Assembly (NCBI RefSeq): GCF_009914755.1
Contig: NC_060937.1
Source: the human T2T-CHM13v2.0 reference genome, Homo sapiens
Direction: 5' to 3' (one strand)
DNA: 64,000 nucleotides
The notes beneath the pieces are model-generated. The model worked only from the letters and a program-made list of their open reading frames with translations, searched no databases and was not told where the DNA came from. The position numbers and the translations under genes are program-made. Positions 13,134 to 25,200 of this stretch are shown here, piece by piece (the stretch's first letter is position 1; the number at the start of each line of letters is the position of its first letter).

Positions 13134-16100
13134 TGTAATAAACTGATTTTTAGTATTCATCCCATTCTCTTGGAAGGAAAGAAACATGAAGCTGCAAATC
13201 TACATAGAGATGAGGGAATTGGACTAAGGTAGGTTGAATGTATCATGGGTTTAATAGCCTCTGAACACCTTCGCTTCTCTCCCTGGGAAGCAAAAGGTAT
13301 GGGAACAGCCCTTTTCCTCTGATATTGTTACACAATTCCTTAGAAATATATGCCCCTGCTAAATAAAATGAAACCTTTAGATATATTGATGAATTCAAAC
13401 ACATTTTGGTTTAGTGAGAATCATTTAATCTTATTGTGATTTCTAGATTTGTATCTTAAAGATTAATGCTCAGAAGTTCATTATCTCCCTGTATTCAATA
13501 TTTTTGATATCCTACCATTGAAACACTTAAGTACTTGATATAGAACTCCTATGTTTTCAGGTATGCTCAAATTCTATTACTTTCATGAAGTACTTGTCAT
13601 TACCAGCCCATTTAGGTTTATTCTTTAACAACTTTGTCTTTATAGTAAGTTTCACATGTTTATCATATAGCTTGGTCTTCTAATAGGAAACATCTTAAAA
13701 ACTGATATCCTTTCACAATTCTGTGAAATCTCCTAAGTCACCTACATAATTAACATGAGTTTATAGAGTAATCCACCTTGGAGATTATTCATTAATAGAT
13801 TGAAAATGCTCTATCAAAAAATGTTATTTTTCATGCTACTATTATACATATCTTGATTTGAGTCAAATTTTAATAAACAAATATATAATGAATTATTCTT
13901 AAATTTGCATATATTCACTGAATATTTACCTAGATATCATTCCTTAAAGATTATGTAAATTTTGATAATTTATATTAGAATCAGAAGTAAGCATATTTTA
14001 ATTTCTTATCCCTAGGGAAGTGAGTTTAACAATTCTGAAGAAGTATCATTTGCAAGCGTCTGGGGAAAAAATGATCAGGTTAGTGTAGATGGAATTTGCC
14101 GTTTTAAATTCCGTAATTCCATAGAGATATACAGAAGGCAAAGATATGGTTTATATTGAAATCACATTAGATTTAGATAGTGTTGGTTTCTACACCTTCT
14201 CCAGGCTGGAGCATAACCTCTACATATTTATGTTATCAAACTCTTCAGTGCTGTTCTTGTCAGGGGCTGATTTGTTACTTTGAAATTCATCTGGAATTCC
14301 TGCAACCAATCTTCTCTCTATCCCCACTCCAGGTGCTTCTGTGTTTCAATGTGACATTTTCCTATCCAAATAGATCAGTTGTTTATAAAGGAAAAATTAC
14401 CTGTGTCTGATATTTCTAGTTGAGTTAATAAACATTTTATTGCCACATACCCTCTGTATCTTTAAAATGCAGTCACCACTTTAATTTCTGAGAGGAAGGG
14501 AAAGTCATAGTGCCTCTTTGTCGTAACACATGTGTACCTGATTTTTATTTGGAAATATATTTGCAATGTTTTAAAAGTCCCAGCATCACAATTTCTGAAG
14601 TGAAGTACGCATAAAATTTCCTTAAACAGAACTTACAAATGCATCATATTTATACTTGTTATTCTGAGGATATATATGTGAAACCACACGTGCTCATGTG
14701 TGCATTTACACACACACAAGGAAGTTCATACATACAGAGATCACTTATCAGCTAGTTTATGTTATTTAAAACCAAATCCTAGCTATTTTAACAAATTGCC
14801 AAGAAAAGAGCAAATATACATCATTTTCATTGTTGTTGTTGTTATCCTAGGGCTTAATAGAAATGGCAAGACTTCCTGCCCTACACTTCTCTGCTCTGTC
14901 TTCTTTCCTTTCACTTGTCCCTTTGTTAATTAATGGGCAAAGTTACCAAGTCTACAGGGCTTGTAGCTAATCAGGGAATTTCACTTATTGGTTTAGGTAA
15001 AAGCTTTCAGAATGTTAGTGCATCACCTGAGGTGAGCCTAGAAGCATACTTTTGGCAGAAAATACTTCCAAAGAGAATAGTCTGGAAAGAACTTAGCTGA
15101 AACTTGGAATTTACCTCTCTGGGCAGCTCATATATCCTCTTGTCTCTCCCTATTAAATTCATTCATTTTATATACTTATATTTGGTAAGATGAATAATGT
15201 TACAAAGGCCTGATTTTTAAAAATTTTATTTACATCTGCATGCTTAAACACTTATTTTCCTCTCCTTTAGTTTTACTCCTCATCCTCCCAAAACCAATTA
15301 TATATATCTTTTTATATGTTTTATTCTCCCTTTTGATGCTTTCATTTGGCGAAGTATTACATTCCAGACAGAAGTTTCAAATGCCCTTTTCACTGGAAAA
15401 CCTTTACCTTGGCAGATGTCTCCCTAACCTAAATATTTGCTCATGATCTCTCCAAATGTTCAAACAATGGTGGGCAAAGTAAAATACTTCTCTCAGCAGC
15501 AATATTAATATTTCTTTTGGCCATTTTGTTGAAGTTTATTGTAGCACCCATTTAGTAAGGCACCAAAGGCATGGTAGATTATAAATCCAGTTTGTGGCAA
15601 GCCTCATTTCACGTTTGCTTTAACTCCTCCTCTTTCTCCGAAGAAGGAGGAACGCTTAATATGAGCCCACAAATACTGCCACTCATTCAGTTAGCAGTTT
15701 GTTTTAAAAACTGCAGATTTTTGACTTTTCAGATTTTATGTGAGTTATGCCAGGGGCAGAAAAGTACCAGGGAAAAGCACTGCAGGGCCTGGTATATGGA
15801 GCTTACAGGATTCTGACACCTCTTTGGTTTTGCAACTCTTTTCTAAAAGCATTGAATTTTATCGTTTATACCATGGTGCACCTGTTGGTAATTCCCCCCA
15901 CCTGGTTTTCTTCCCGTTGGGTTTACTGTTCAGATTTGCAGGTAAAACGCCATGATACTGAGGCTCTTGCAGATAGCTGAAAACACACCAAGCAGCACCC
16001 ACCCACTGATCCCTTTGGTTTGAGCTTTTGAAGCAGTTTTGACTTTGGAAAGATAAGAAAGCCTCTATTCCACAGTTTTTTTGCTATTTTGCAATTCAAG

Positions 16101-17159
16101 TACATAACCAAACTTTCACTCTAAGGACACACAGGCAAGGTGTTGCTTGTGGATTTCAGGGGCAGCTGGCATTTTAATTTCAGGAAGGTACTTCAGATTT
16201 TGGAAAAAAAGAGTGATTTGGCTCTTGGGTACCTGCACAGATACAAGCTGCATTCCTCTCAGGGGACTTGCCCCACAGAGGGCCACAGTTAATGTAGTAA
16301 GCATGGCATTTTGAGATTGAGCTAAGCATTTCTAGAATTGTTTCCTGAAGAGACAAAGGAGGGGAAGAGAGAAAGCGGAGGAGTTTTGAGGTTGTGAAAT
16401 AATTCCCAGAAACTTATCTGTAGTCTATAAAGGCTGCCTTGATGCAGTAGCAAGGACACTTAAGAGTTTTGTTGCTGAGTTTATTCACTAGTAAAGCTAG
16501 GGTAACACCACACATCTTGTGTGGCTGAGGAGAAATACAAATTAAAAAAAAAAAAGTATTAGTGCCTTGAACGCCCACTGAGGACATGCAGACAAATGTT
16601 GTCATGAACATGTACTTATGTGATTCCTCACCCTGGCCATAGTTGACTGGGCCTGTGGTAAGCCCCTGACCTAAGTAAGATCTTCCAACCGTATGCTCAC
16701 GGCTCTTGCTGCCAAATATAAGACTGAGTAGGCTGTGCTATGGATTTGTCCAAATTAAAATTTCATATCTACTTTAGTTGGCTTTCAGAGCAACTTGCCA
16801 GCTTTGATCCTCTCTGGAATGTTGATAGTTGCCTAATTTCGCTGTTTCTTTGCCTCATCCATCTCACAATTCAATATCAGGTTTCATGTTCTTACTTGTT
16901 GATTTTGCTAAGAGCCCCATCTCCACTAACCATCTCTAGATGCTGAGAATTGCTGCCAACCAAAGCTCCAACTGCATGGTTATCTTTTCTAATTTGTTCT
17001 AGAATTTGAAGAAAGAACAAAACGCACAAAGTAACAATAAAAAAAATCAATGAAAGACAAAGCAACAGAAGAACAGAGTAATAAAGCACAGATCCACCGA
17101 ACACAATTCACAGAGCAGGAGTGAGTTCGAGCAAGCGGCTCAAAAGCCTCCTTAATCAG

Positions 17160-17330
17160 GGTTTTTATTAAGCTGTAAAGAACCCGGCGACACCCTTCGG
17201 TTCCCGCCTGCCCCCCCGCCCCCCCACCCCGAGGCCTCCAATTGGCCACACCCATGAAGGACTGACCTGTGACCAATCAGAGGCTGAAGTGGAGACCCCG
17301 CCCGCAGTCAATCAGAGGCTGAAGTGGCTT
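17160..17330 (-). promoter_or_regulatory. LTR U3 promoter-like motif cluster (CCAAT boxes, GC boxes, TATA-like element)
   Basis: CCAAT at 17238 and 17273, TCAAT at 17308; CCCCGCCC at 17296-17303; C-tract at 17203-17230; TAATAAAAA on the minus strand at 17162-17170. Confidence 0.5.
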
Positions 17331-17361
17331 GTTATCTTGGGAGCGAGGACGAGGCCTATTT

Positions 17362-17491
17362 GCTGCACTTGCTGCTCTCCTGCCTATACGACCTGGCTGC
17401 ACCTGCTGTTCTTTTGCTTATGCGAACTGGCTTCACCTGCTGTTCTCTTGCTTCTGCGAACTGGCTGCACCTGCTGTTCTCCTGCTCATGC
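17362..17491. repeat. 34-bp tandem repeat, about 3.8 copies, inside the LTR
   Basis: Units start at 17362, 17396, 17430 and 17464; approximate consensus gctgcacctgctgttctcttgcttatgcgaactg. Confidence 0.95.
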
Positions 17492-17549
17492 TTTAACCCC
17501 TGCTCACCCCAGTTCCCTATTCTCCTACCTAGTTTCCCCTTGAGAGAAT

Positions 17550-17680
17550 TAATTTAAATTTAAACTCGGTAACCCTAACCAACTTTCAAGTGCTCAGTAG
17601 TCACATGTGGCTATGAGTACCATGTTGGGTAACAGAGATATAGAACATTACCATCTTTACAGAAACTTCTGTCAGACATC
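17550..17680. mobile_element. MER3/MER33-like hAT-Charlie fragment
   Basis: 'tttcaagtgctcagtagtcacatgtggcta...taccatgttggg...atagaacattaccatc...cagaaacttct'. Confidence 0.8.
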
Positions 17681-17764
17681 AGAGGTTAATCTCTGTTCAT
17701 TTGCCTGGAAGGTTTTTCATATTACAGGTCAAAGAAAATTCTTTGAATCAGATAGATAGTATGC

Positions 17765-18245
17765 ATATATTGTAAGTAACAGATAACATAATTCAAACAA
17801 GCTTATCAATTAAGGGGATATATTCACTCGTGAAACTGGAAGGCTTCAGAGTTGGTTTGATTCAACTGTATAATAGAATTGCTAAGAATATATTATTTGC
17901 TTGTCTTCCAGTTCTGATTTGTGTAAACGTTGGTCTAAGGGCTGTCTTTCAACATTGTCATAAGGTGGTTGCCTGTGATTCCCTGGAATGCATAATCCCA
18001 CAAATCTAATTGAATTACCTATTTTCAGAAGATAAAGGAACTGTTGTTTCTCTAGATGTAAACACAAACTTTTCATAAAATTTATCAGCCCAAATTTCAT
18101 CATTTATCAGTCTCCTAACAAATCTATGGTCAAAGAGTAAAGTCATGTGGCTTAGTTTAGGCATCAAACAAAGAATATGTGGATCCGTGAATGAAAATCA
18201 TTGTAGTTAAAGAGAGAATGTTTGGTGAGAAGGCACACGTGATGT
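17765..18245 (-). mobile_element. Old MLT1 (J/K-like) LTR
   Basis: 'ttgtaagtaacagataacataattcaaacaagctta...ttcactcgtgaaactggaag' reverse MLT1 3' end. Confidence 0.55.
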
Positions 18246-18262
18246 CTTTTAGCACTCTGTGG

Positions 18263-18477
18263 TAGTGGTTCTCAATAGAGAGTGATGTTGTACTACAGGA
18301 AACACTTGGCAATGTCTGGAAGCAGTTTTAATTGTAGTCACTGGAGGCATCTACAAGCATGTAGAGGGCAAAGGCTAGGGATTCTGCTAAACATCCTACA
18401 ATGCACAGGACAGCACCCATCCCCACAACAAAGATTTACCTGAGCCAATGTAAATAGTGCTGGCATTAAGAAATCCT
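18263..18477. mobile_element. MER20 (hAT-Charlie MITE)
   Basis: 'agtggttctcaa...ttggcaatgtctgga...gattctgctaaacatcctacaatgcacaggacagc...aatagtgc...ttaagaaatcct'. Confidence 0.9.
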
Positions 18478-18489
18478 CTTCTATGTGAT

Positions 18490-18950
18490 TGTATCTTATG
18501 AAGTCTAGCTTAAATTTAAAAGTGACTTTAACGACTCACATAACAGAAAAATACAGTTAAATCTGATTTCAGGCATGATCTAGAGATTTGCAAAATTCAA
18601 GAGAGTTGCAACGTTTTATATATTCCTCCTGCACTTCTTTGCAGTTGTGTTGGTTACTCTGTGATCTAGATTCTCAAGTTATCTCCTTCATGGTAGCACC
18701 AACAATAACTATACTTCCAGATTGTTACCTTTCTCAGAATCTGCCAGCAAACAGCTGCTTCATTCAAGTTAGCTAGAATTGTACCATGTATCAGTTGCTA
18801 AACTAATCTATGACAAATATTTGGTTACTCTTACCTAACTGTTACACAACTGAGAATAGTTGGTGGGTAATTTTGCAAAGGAAAACCTGAGCGCTCTGGA
18901 TGAAGTTGGGGGAGTTTGATTCTAAACAGACAACTCATGAATGTCAACTA
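18490..18950 (-). mobile_element. Old MLT1 LTR
   Basis: 'ctagcttaaat...gactcacataacagaaaa...ttcaggcatg', 'ctccttcatggtagc', 'gctagaattgtaccatg'. Confidence 0.5.
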
Positions 18951-19279
18951 CGGGGTTGGTGGAATACATTAGTAATTACCATAGCCAGCATCTAGCAGTC
19001 TATAATTGGTGTGTGACTCCAACAGTACTTAAAAGTATAATTGTTGAAATGGGATGGGCAATCAAATAGGTTCATTAAAAACTTGAAGCATAGGCTTGAT
19101 CAGAAAACAGCTTTCTTTTCCACTGGTACCTTGTAATCTGATTGTTTTGAATTATCTACTGGCACATATTTGTATAATATTCTATTTCATGAAAAACAGA
19201 TAACATGCATAGGACGTTTTTACTTTCTCATGTTAAATTTTCAAGTTCGTTTGTATCTAAACCTTTCATTAGTTTTACA

Positions 19280-19445
19280 ACATTTCACTGGTTACTCTGA
19301 GTAATATAGCTTGCTCATATGGAAAACTGAGATAACAATAGTATTCCTTTCTATTGTTGCTTTTAGAAGCAGATAATTTAAAAACAGCGAGTACAACATT
19401 TAAGTAGTAACTGCATATTTGTAGATGTTCAATCAATATTAGCTA
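19280..19445 (+). mobile_element. MIR fragment
   Basis: 'ctcatatggaaaactgagataacaatagta...ttgttg...agataat...tagatgttcaatcaatattagcta'. Confidence 0.6.
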
Positions 19446-20004
19446 CAATTGTTTCTACTCAATGGTACTGAGATATCTAAAGCCATAAATATTATTTGCA
19501 TTTCATTGTTTTCAGCCTAAGAATTACTGAGCAATACTTCAATTATCCTTCTTTCTAAATCATATCTGTTGATCTCAGTTATGTCTTAATTTACACTGTA
19601 TCTATATATTCCACTATCTCAAAATCTTCTTTCTTATTTCTATTGTTTAATAAAAGCTGTTTTCCTGGAATATTTTATTCATTTGAAAGATTGATTGATT
19701 GATATAATTACTTAGCCTATTTTCTATTATTTCCCAAAGTCATAGTCTTTTATTGAAAACAGAGATAAAACGTACTCCCACTAAACTCTTAAGACAGGAA
19801 TGCATACCAGAGATGGGCTGTTATTTTTCTTTTTTTAATACATGAATAAACATAAAAAGATAATTGGGTGTCGGTTAAAAAGTTAGATACAATTTTCAAT
19901 TTAACCTCTCCACTGTAAACAAACAAACAAAAAAACAAAGTTTGCATTTACATTAACATGATATATGGTTAGAAGTGGTTTCCATACCCTTTAAAAGAAA
20001 AAGA

Positions 20005-20240
20005 AAGGAACTAACACTTCTTGGGTACCTATCTAATATTATCTCAGGCAGATACTAGGTAATTAGTTAATAAAAGAGATGTTATCTTCATTTGGAGATA
20101 TAAAATTAGTAGAATGGAATGTCAGAAAAGTTAAATAACTTGCTGAAAGTCATGCATATAGCAAGTGGTAAGACTAGGATTTGAATGTGAATCTGTTTGA
20201 CTTCAAGTTTTGTGTTGTTTCTATTGCTCCCTGGCTGCCT
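20005..20240 (-). mobile_element. MIR SINE
   Basis: 'agttaaataacttgctgaaagtcatgcatatagcaagtggtaagactaggatttgaatgtgaatctgtttgacttcaag'. Confidence 0.8.
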
Positions 20241-21187
20241 TAGAGACATATCTACATGCACCACTGCAATTTTATTCTATCAGGATCTCAAAAGAATTTC
20301 TCGTGCCTTTGTGCCTATGCTCATCTTATTTTTTATTACATGGTATATAGGATGCTGCTTCTTCAGATAGTATCTATATCTCTTCCCTGGGAAGAGCTGT
20401 TTATCTATTGGCAAGGCAATAGAGTATGTTAAATTTCTTCTGCTTGTGTTTGTTTTCTGTGTATATTCTCTTATTTTCCAACTCTCTTAATACCAAATGT
20501 AATCCCCATGCCTCTTAAAATTTTTTTATTATCGTTCATTAAAAGTATTTTCCCTTGTGTCTAGAAATCCTTTATCCTCTAATTCATTAATTCAGCAAAT
20601 ACATATGATGTGTCAGACGCTATGGGGTAACTAAAGTACTCCTCAAGCATTTCCATTTCCTTAAGTAGAGGCTGCCAGCTTGCAGTTAGACATTTTGTTT
20701 TTATTCGATTGATAATTGTTTAATGATTTCCAACTTTTCTTTCCTTGATTTCAATTGTAAATTATAGCACATTTTTATGTTTCTGATAATTTATAATAAT
20801 GTGTGGTCTCAACAAAACTGAGCCTGCTATACAACTATAAAAAGATTCATTTCCATAAATTCTTTAAACAAATTTATAATATGATATGTAATTCTAGTAT
20901 TTGATAAGACTTTCAAAGATATAAGTAGGGTACCTTTGTGTGCTTTCAAAACATTTTCATTTGTTCAAGAAAAAATATTGCTAACTTTATCTGAATATGA
21001 CTTTAAAAAAGACTATAGAATGTCAATGATAGCTACAGTGCTGAAAAGGGAAAAAAGTGGGAAATCATTAGAAAGATAAAATTTACCTTTATATACAATA
21101 GCAAAAAAGGAACAGATATATAGATTTCTAGCTGGTCAGTAGAACATTTTGCCATCTCAAAAAATATTCACACATTGTTTTTTCATC

Positions 21188-22297
21188 TTAGTTTATCTAT
21201 TGCTGTACAACCCAGCCACTCCAAAATTCAGAGCCTTGGAACATCAACTATTTCATTATACATAGAGATTTTGTGGTTTAGTAATTTGGTCAGGGGTCAA
21301 GTGGCAGATTTTATTATTCCATGCGGCACCAACCAGGGTTCCTTAATCATATTCCTCTGGTGTGTAGACCCTTCTGCAGAGTCCAGTGTGGCTTCACTCA
21401 CATATCTGACACCCTAGCAGAAATAGTTTTAAGGCTGGTCTTAGCTGGAATGGTCAACTGTTGATCTTACAAATGGCCATCCTCATACTAATTTCAGATT
21501 AAGTCTAACTTCTAACCTGGAAGTTCAGAGTTCCCAGAGATGGTGTTTTAAGAGACATAGGCAGAAGCTGCAAGGCTTCTTTTTTTTAACTTTTATTTTA
21601 AGTTCAGAAGTACAGGTTCAGGTTTATTACATAGGTAAACTTGTGTAATGGGTTTTTTTTTTTTTTTTTACAGATTAATTCATCACCCAGGTACTAATCT
21701 TAATATACATTAGTTATTTTTCCTGATTCTCTGCCTCCTCCCATCCTCCACCTTCTGATAGACCCCAGTGTGTGTTGTTCCCCTTTATGTGTCCATGTGT
21801 TCTTATCACTTAGCTACCACTTATAAGTGAGAACACATGTTATTTGGTTTTCTGTTCCTGTGTTACTCTGCTAAGGACAATGGCCTCCAGCTTCATCCAT
21901 ATCCCTGCAAAGGACATGATCTCATTCTTTCTTATGGCTGCATAGTATTCCATGGTGCACATGTACCACATTTTCTTTAGCTAGTCTATCATTGATGGGC
22001 ATTTAGATTGATTCCATGTCTTTGTTATTGTGAATTGTGCCACAATGGACATACGCATGCATGTGTCTTTAAAACAAAATGATTTATATTCCTTTGGGTA
22101 TATACCCAGTATTGTAATTGCTGGGTTGAATGGTATTTCTTATGAGTTACTTTCCCAAGTCCCAGAACATCACTTATGTCATGAATTAAGTAAGTCACAA
22201 ATTCAAGCCCAGATTCAAGGGGGCAAAAAAGGAATATTAGATTCCACTTCTCAATGGAAGAAGTATCAAAGTATTTTAACCATCTTTAATCTATTAT
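21188..22297 (-). mobile_element. MLT1 (F/G/H-like) LTR split by an L1 insertion
   Basis: 'ttatctattgctgtacaac...ccaaaattcag', 'gtggcttcactcacat', 'ggcagaagctgcaaggcttct' | L1 | 'ttcttatga...aagtcccagaacatcactt...aagcccagattcaaggg'. Confidence 0.75.
21580..22136 (-). mobile_element. L1PA13-16-like 3' end (5'-truncated)
   Basis: 'ttttattttaagttcag...acataggtaaacttgtg...catcacccaggtactaa...gcaaaggacatgatctcattc...gggtatatacccagt'. Confidence 0.9.
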
Positions 22298-25200
22298 ATT
22301 CATCTTTTGCTGTATGTAATACACTCTAAATTAGATAACATTAATTTTAGCAACAGTATCTAGCCTTGAAGAAATCATATTATAATTTTTGAGGTAAACA
22401 CAACATATAAAAAAGCAAAAATAAAGGTAAATATATGAAAATCATCTAAATGCTTTCCCTACATAACATCACTGAAAATTGCCTGTATTGTGGCTCTAAG
22501 CCAATTTTTAGTATTCACGTAGACTAAATCAACTGGAAATATGTTACTCTGAAATGAATGGAATAAAAATAGTGGAGTTTATACTTCAGAAGAGAAAGTT
22601 GCTTATAGTTTGTAGCTTCCCATATGTTGAATTTCTCAGCTCTGCTAGTGATCTAATTTGCATGGCCTATGTTTCTTTGCCAAGTTACAAATCAGTGGGC
22701 AGAATAGATGATTTTAGGAATATGACTTCTCTTTAGACAAGAGAAGCAAAGGGGTATATAATGAGGAGTTCTTACTAGTTGATAAACTTTGACCTCAAGG
22801 CATGTTTACCCAGGATGTCCAAATTAAATTATTTTATTCTCATCTCTGTAATGAGGTCACTGAAGGGTGGACATCTTGGGTTCTTACTCCAGATGCCATG
22901 GTTCTTCTTCATAAATTTTTCACATTTCTTATCTACTATTTCTACAAAAATGACAACTACTGCAAAAATTAAACCCAACTGACAGGAACCAAAATGAGAT
23001 AATCCCTCTTTGCTCTTTTCTAGGAGAACATTAGTTCAACCTTTCCATAAGATTGAAAAGCATCAAAAAATGAAATAAAGATGACCCAACCTGTTTTATA
23101 ATTACTATAAAACAGTAATGGTTGTATTTAAATTTACATAAACATGAATATATTAAGCTAGCATACAAGAATTTTACAGCTGGAGAAAATTGAAATAAAG
23201 CTGGAATACACTTCATTATCTAAATTGTTATTGATATCTGTCATTCCAAAGTACCTACAGCAGTATAATTTTATCCTACGCTTCTAAACACTCAACCAAA
23301 CAGTGAGACTACATATATTCCTACAACCCCCAATGGAGGTATTGAGATTACACATGCTTTCACTAATTTAAAGAGGGACTTTCACACTGGGATGCATTAA
23401 AAACAGAACATTTAAATAAAAAGCAATTTGCTTTGCCTGTAATTGAATTCCCCTTGCTGTTATTGCTAATTATTGACAATATTTGTGATGGACTAAGAGG
23501 CTTTTGCATTCAGAGACAAATTATTTTTCTGCTATATCTTAGAACAGACAGTGGGCTGTCTTTTTGATATCATAGTCTGTTACCATGGAAATAATTGTGA
23601 TTTGAGAAATGTATCAGCAACATGCAAAAAAAAAAATCTCTATACAGAGAATTTCCTTTTCTTTACTGCTATGGGCATTGTACAGTCTTGCATAGTAAGT
23701 GCATGATAATGACTTCCCACATTTATATAATATGTCTTTGTTTTACAATGTCCTACACAATAGATAAAGCATGGTATATGCAACTATAAATGAAAGACTA
23801 CTAAAGTAAATTGAAAGCAATAAAGTGAAATGATCCTATATTTCAGAATAAATTTACAATTAAATTAGAATAAAAATTCTGCTTTCAAATTTCTCAATGT
23901 TGAGAAGATTCTTATAAATGAGAGTGATCTCAATAAGAAAATATCAATGTTTTATTTTAAAATACATTTCTTATTTTTGAGGTCATTACTCAATTAGCTA
24001 TTTATCAATCTTTTTGACATTTTTTGTATTTTGCTATGAATAGACAGTCTATTTATCTGGTAAAACAAATATCTTCTCTTTCCAGAGCACTGGAAGAGAA
24101 TTCCCTGTTTTCCATATACTTCACCCTAATTTGGAGGAGATCACGGAGAGAATCTATTTCATAGAAAATTTAGTCTAAGATGGCCTTATTTGGAGCCTAA
24201 GGTGGATCTGACTTGGAAAAGAAGAGAATTGAGAAAATACATGAAATACCTTAGGATGAGCAAGAGAGAAAGAGATTAGATAGAAACAACAGGGTTTGGT
24301 TCTTCACTTTCTGGTTTCTTGATTCAATTTCTGGAGAGTAAATCTGTCCTGCCTTTTGCCCTACTCCTTCCTTTTCAACTTCACTTTCATGTTACCAGGC
24401 TGGAAGCAAATATAGGCAACAGTATTTATATATAAATTCCACAGGGAAGCCCTTTTATTCTCACGGTCAGCTTCTACGTCTAATCTAAATTTACTGACAT
24501 GCCAGGTGTCTTTAATTTGAAATGTTTCTCTTTTAGAAAAAAATGAGGCATTCAATAATTGGAATAGCAGTATTTGGAAGAACAGGAAGATTTGAGGAAT
24601 CGCATGGCACTGCGCAATGAAATGCCTGCCTCAACCAACCATCTTCTGTGAAAAAAATACAATAGCCTCTTTGGTTATAAGGCAGGACTAGGTTTATTAT
24701 GCAGTTTAGGTCCATTTTTCCAAGAGAAATTTGGGAGAGAAGATATCTGATTATAAGTTGGTAATATTACGTGATTTTCATATTGACATCAATTGCCATG
24801 TAGCCCTTTGCAGCTTCATATGTCCTAGCCTTTTCTTGCTCTACGAGGATTTTAGAAAATACATGATCCTGAAAACCTTGACTAGAAAGGAACTTTGTTA
24901 AATAGCAGAGGAGTGATGTAGTTACAGAAACTCAGTGCAGAGAGTATTTGTAAAAACTAGATTAAGTGGATTAAGGGAAAATGTTGCTTTAAGACTAGAA
25001 AATATTAAAAAAAAAAAAAAAAGCTTACAGAGCCAGAGGAAAGTTTAATCTCAAATAAGGAAGGGATAAGATTACAGTTTTCTGACATGAGGGTGAAGAT
25101 GCTGGCCAAGCTCCATGGCTATACCTACCATGCACTGACAAAAGCTGCATCCTTACTAGCTAAAGTTTCAGAGATCAGGGCTGGAGAAGCTGCTGGATAT

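Larger units (their letters stand above)
16995..17531 (-). mobile_element. MER51-family (ERV1) solo LTR, MER51C/D-like, 3'-truncated
   Basis: Minus strand begins 'aggtaggagaatagggaac...ggttaaagcat...gaacagcaggtgcagccagttc'; repeated 'caatcagaggctgaagtg' and 'gagcaagcggctcaa' are MER51-type hallmarks. Confidence 0.8.

Noticed and set aside
13545-13566. Recursive-splice-like 'gttttcag|gtatgc' (also minus-strand 'tttcttacag|gtattt' near 47554)
   Set aside because: Short pyrimidine tract or weak donor, no known host gene, and expected by chance in 64 kb
17362-17491. Regularly spaced repeats suggestive of a CRISPR array
   Set aside because: Head-to-tail tandem units without unique spacers, inside a primate ERV LTR, with no cas genes
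23891-23939. Two adjacent small hairpins (ttctcaa/ttgagaa; ttcttat..tgaga/tctca..ataagaa)
   Set aside because: Short AT-rich stems within chance expectation
24668-24678. TCTTTGGTTAT matches the first 11 nt of miR-9-5p
   Set aside because: The sequence diverges right after, no star arm or hairpin is visible, and an 11-mer match is plausible by chance
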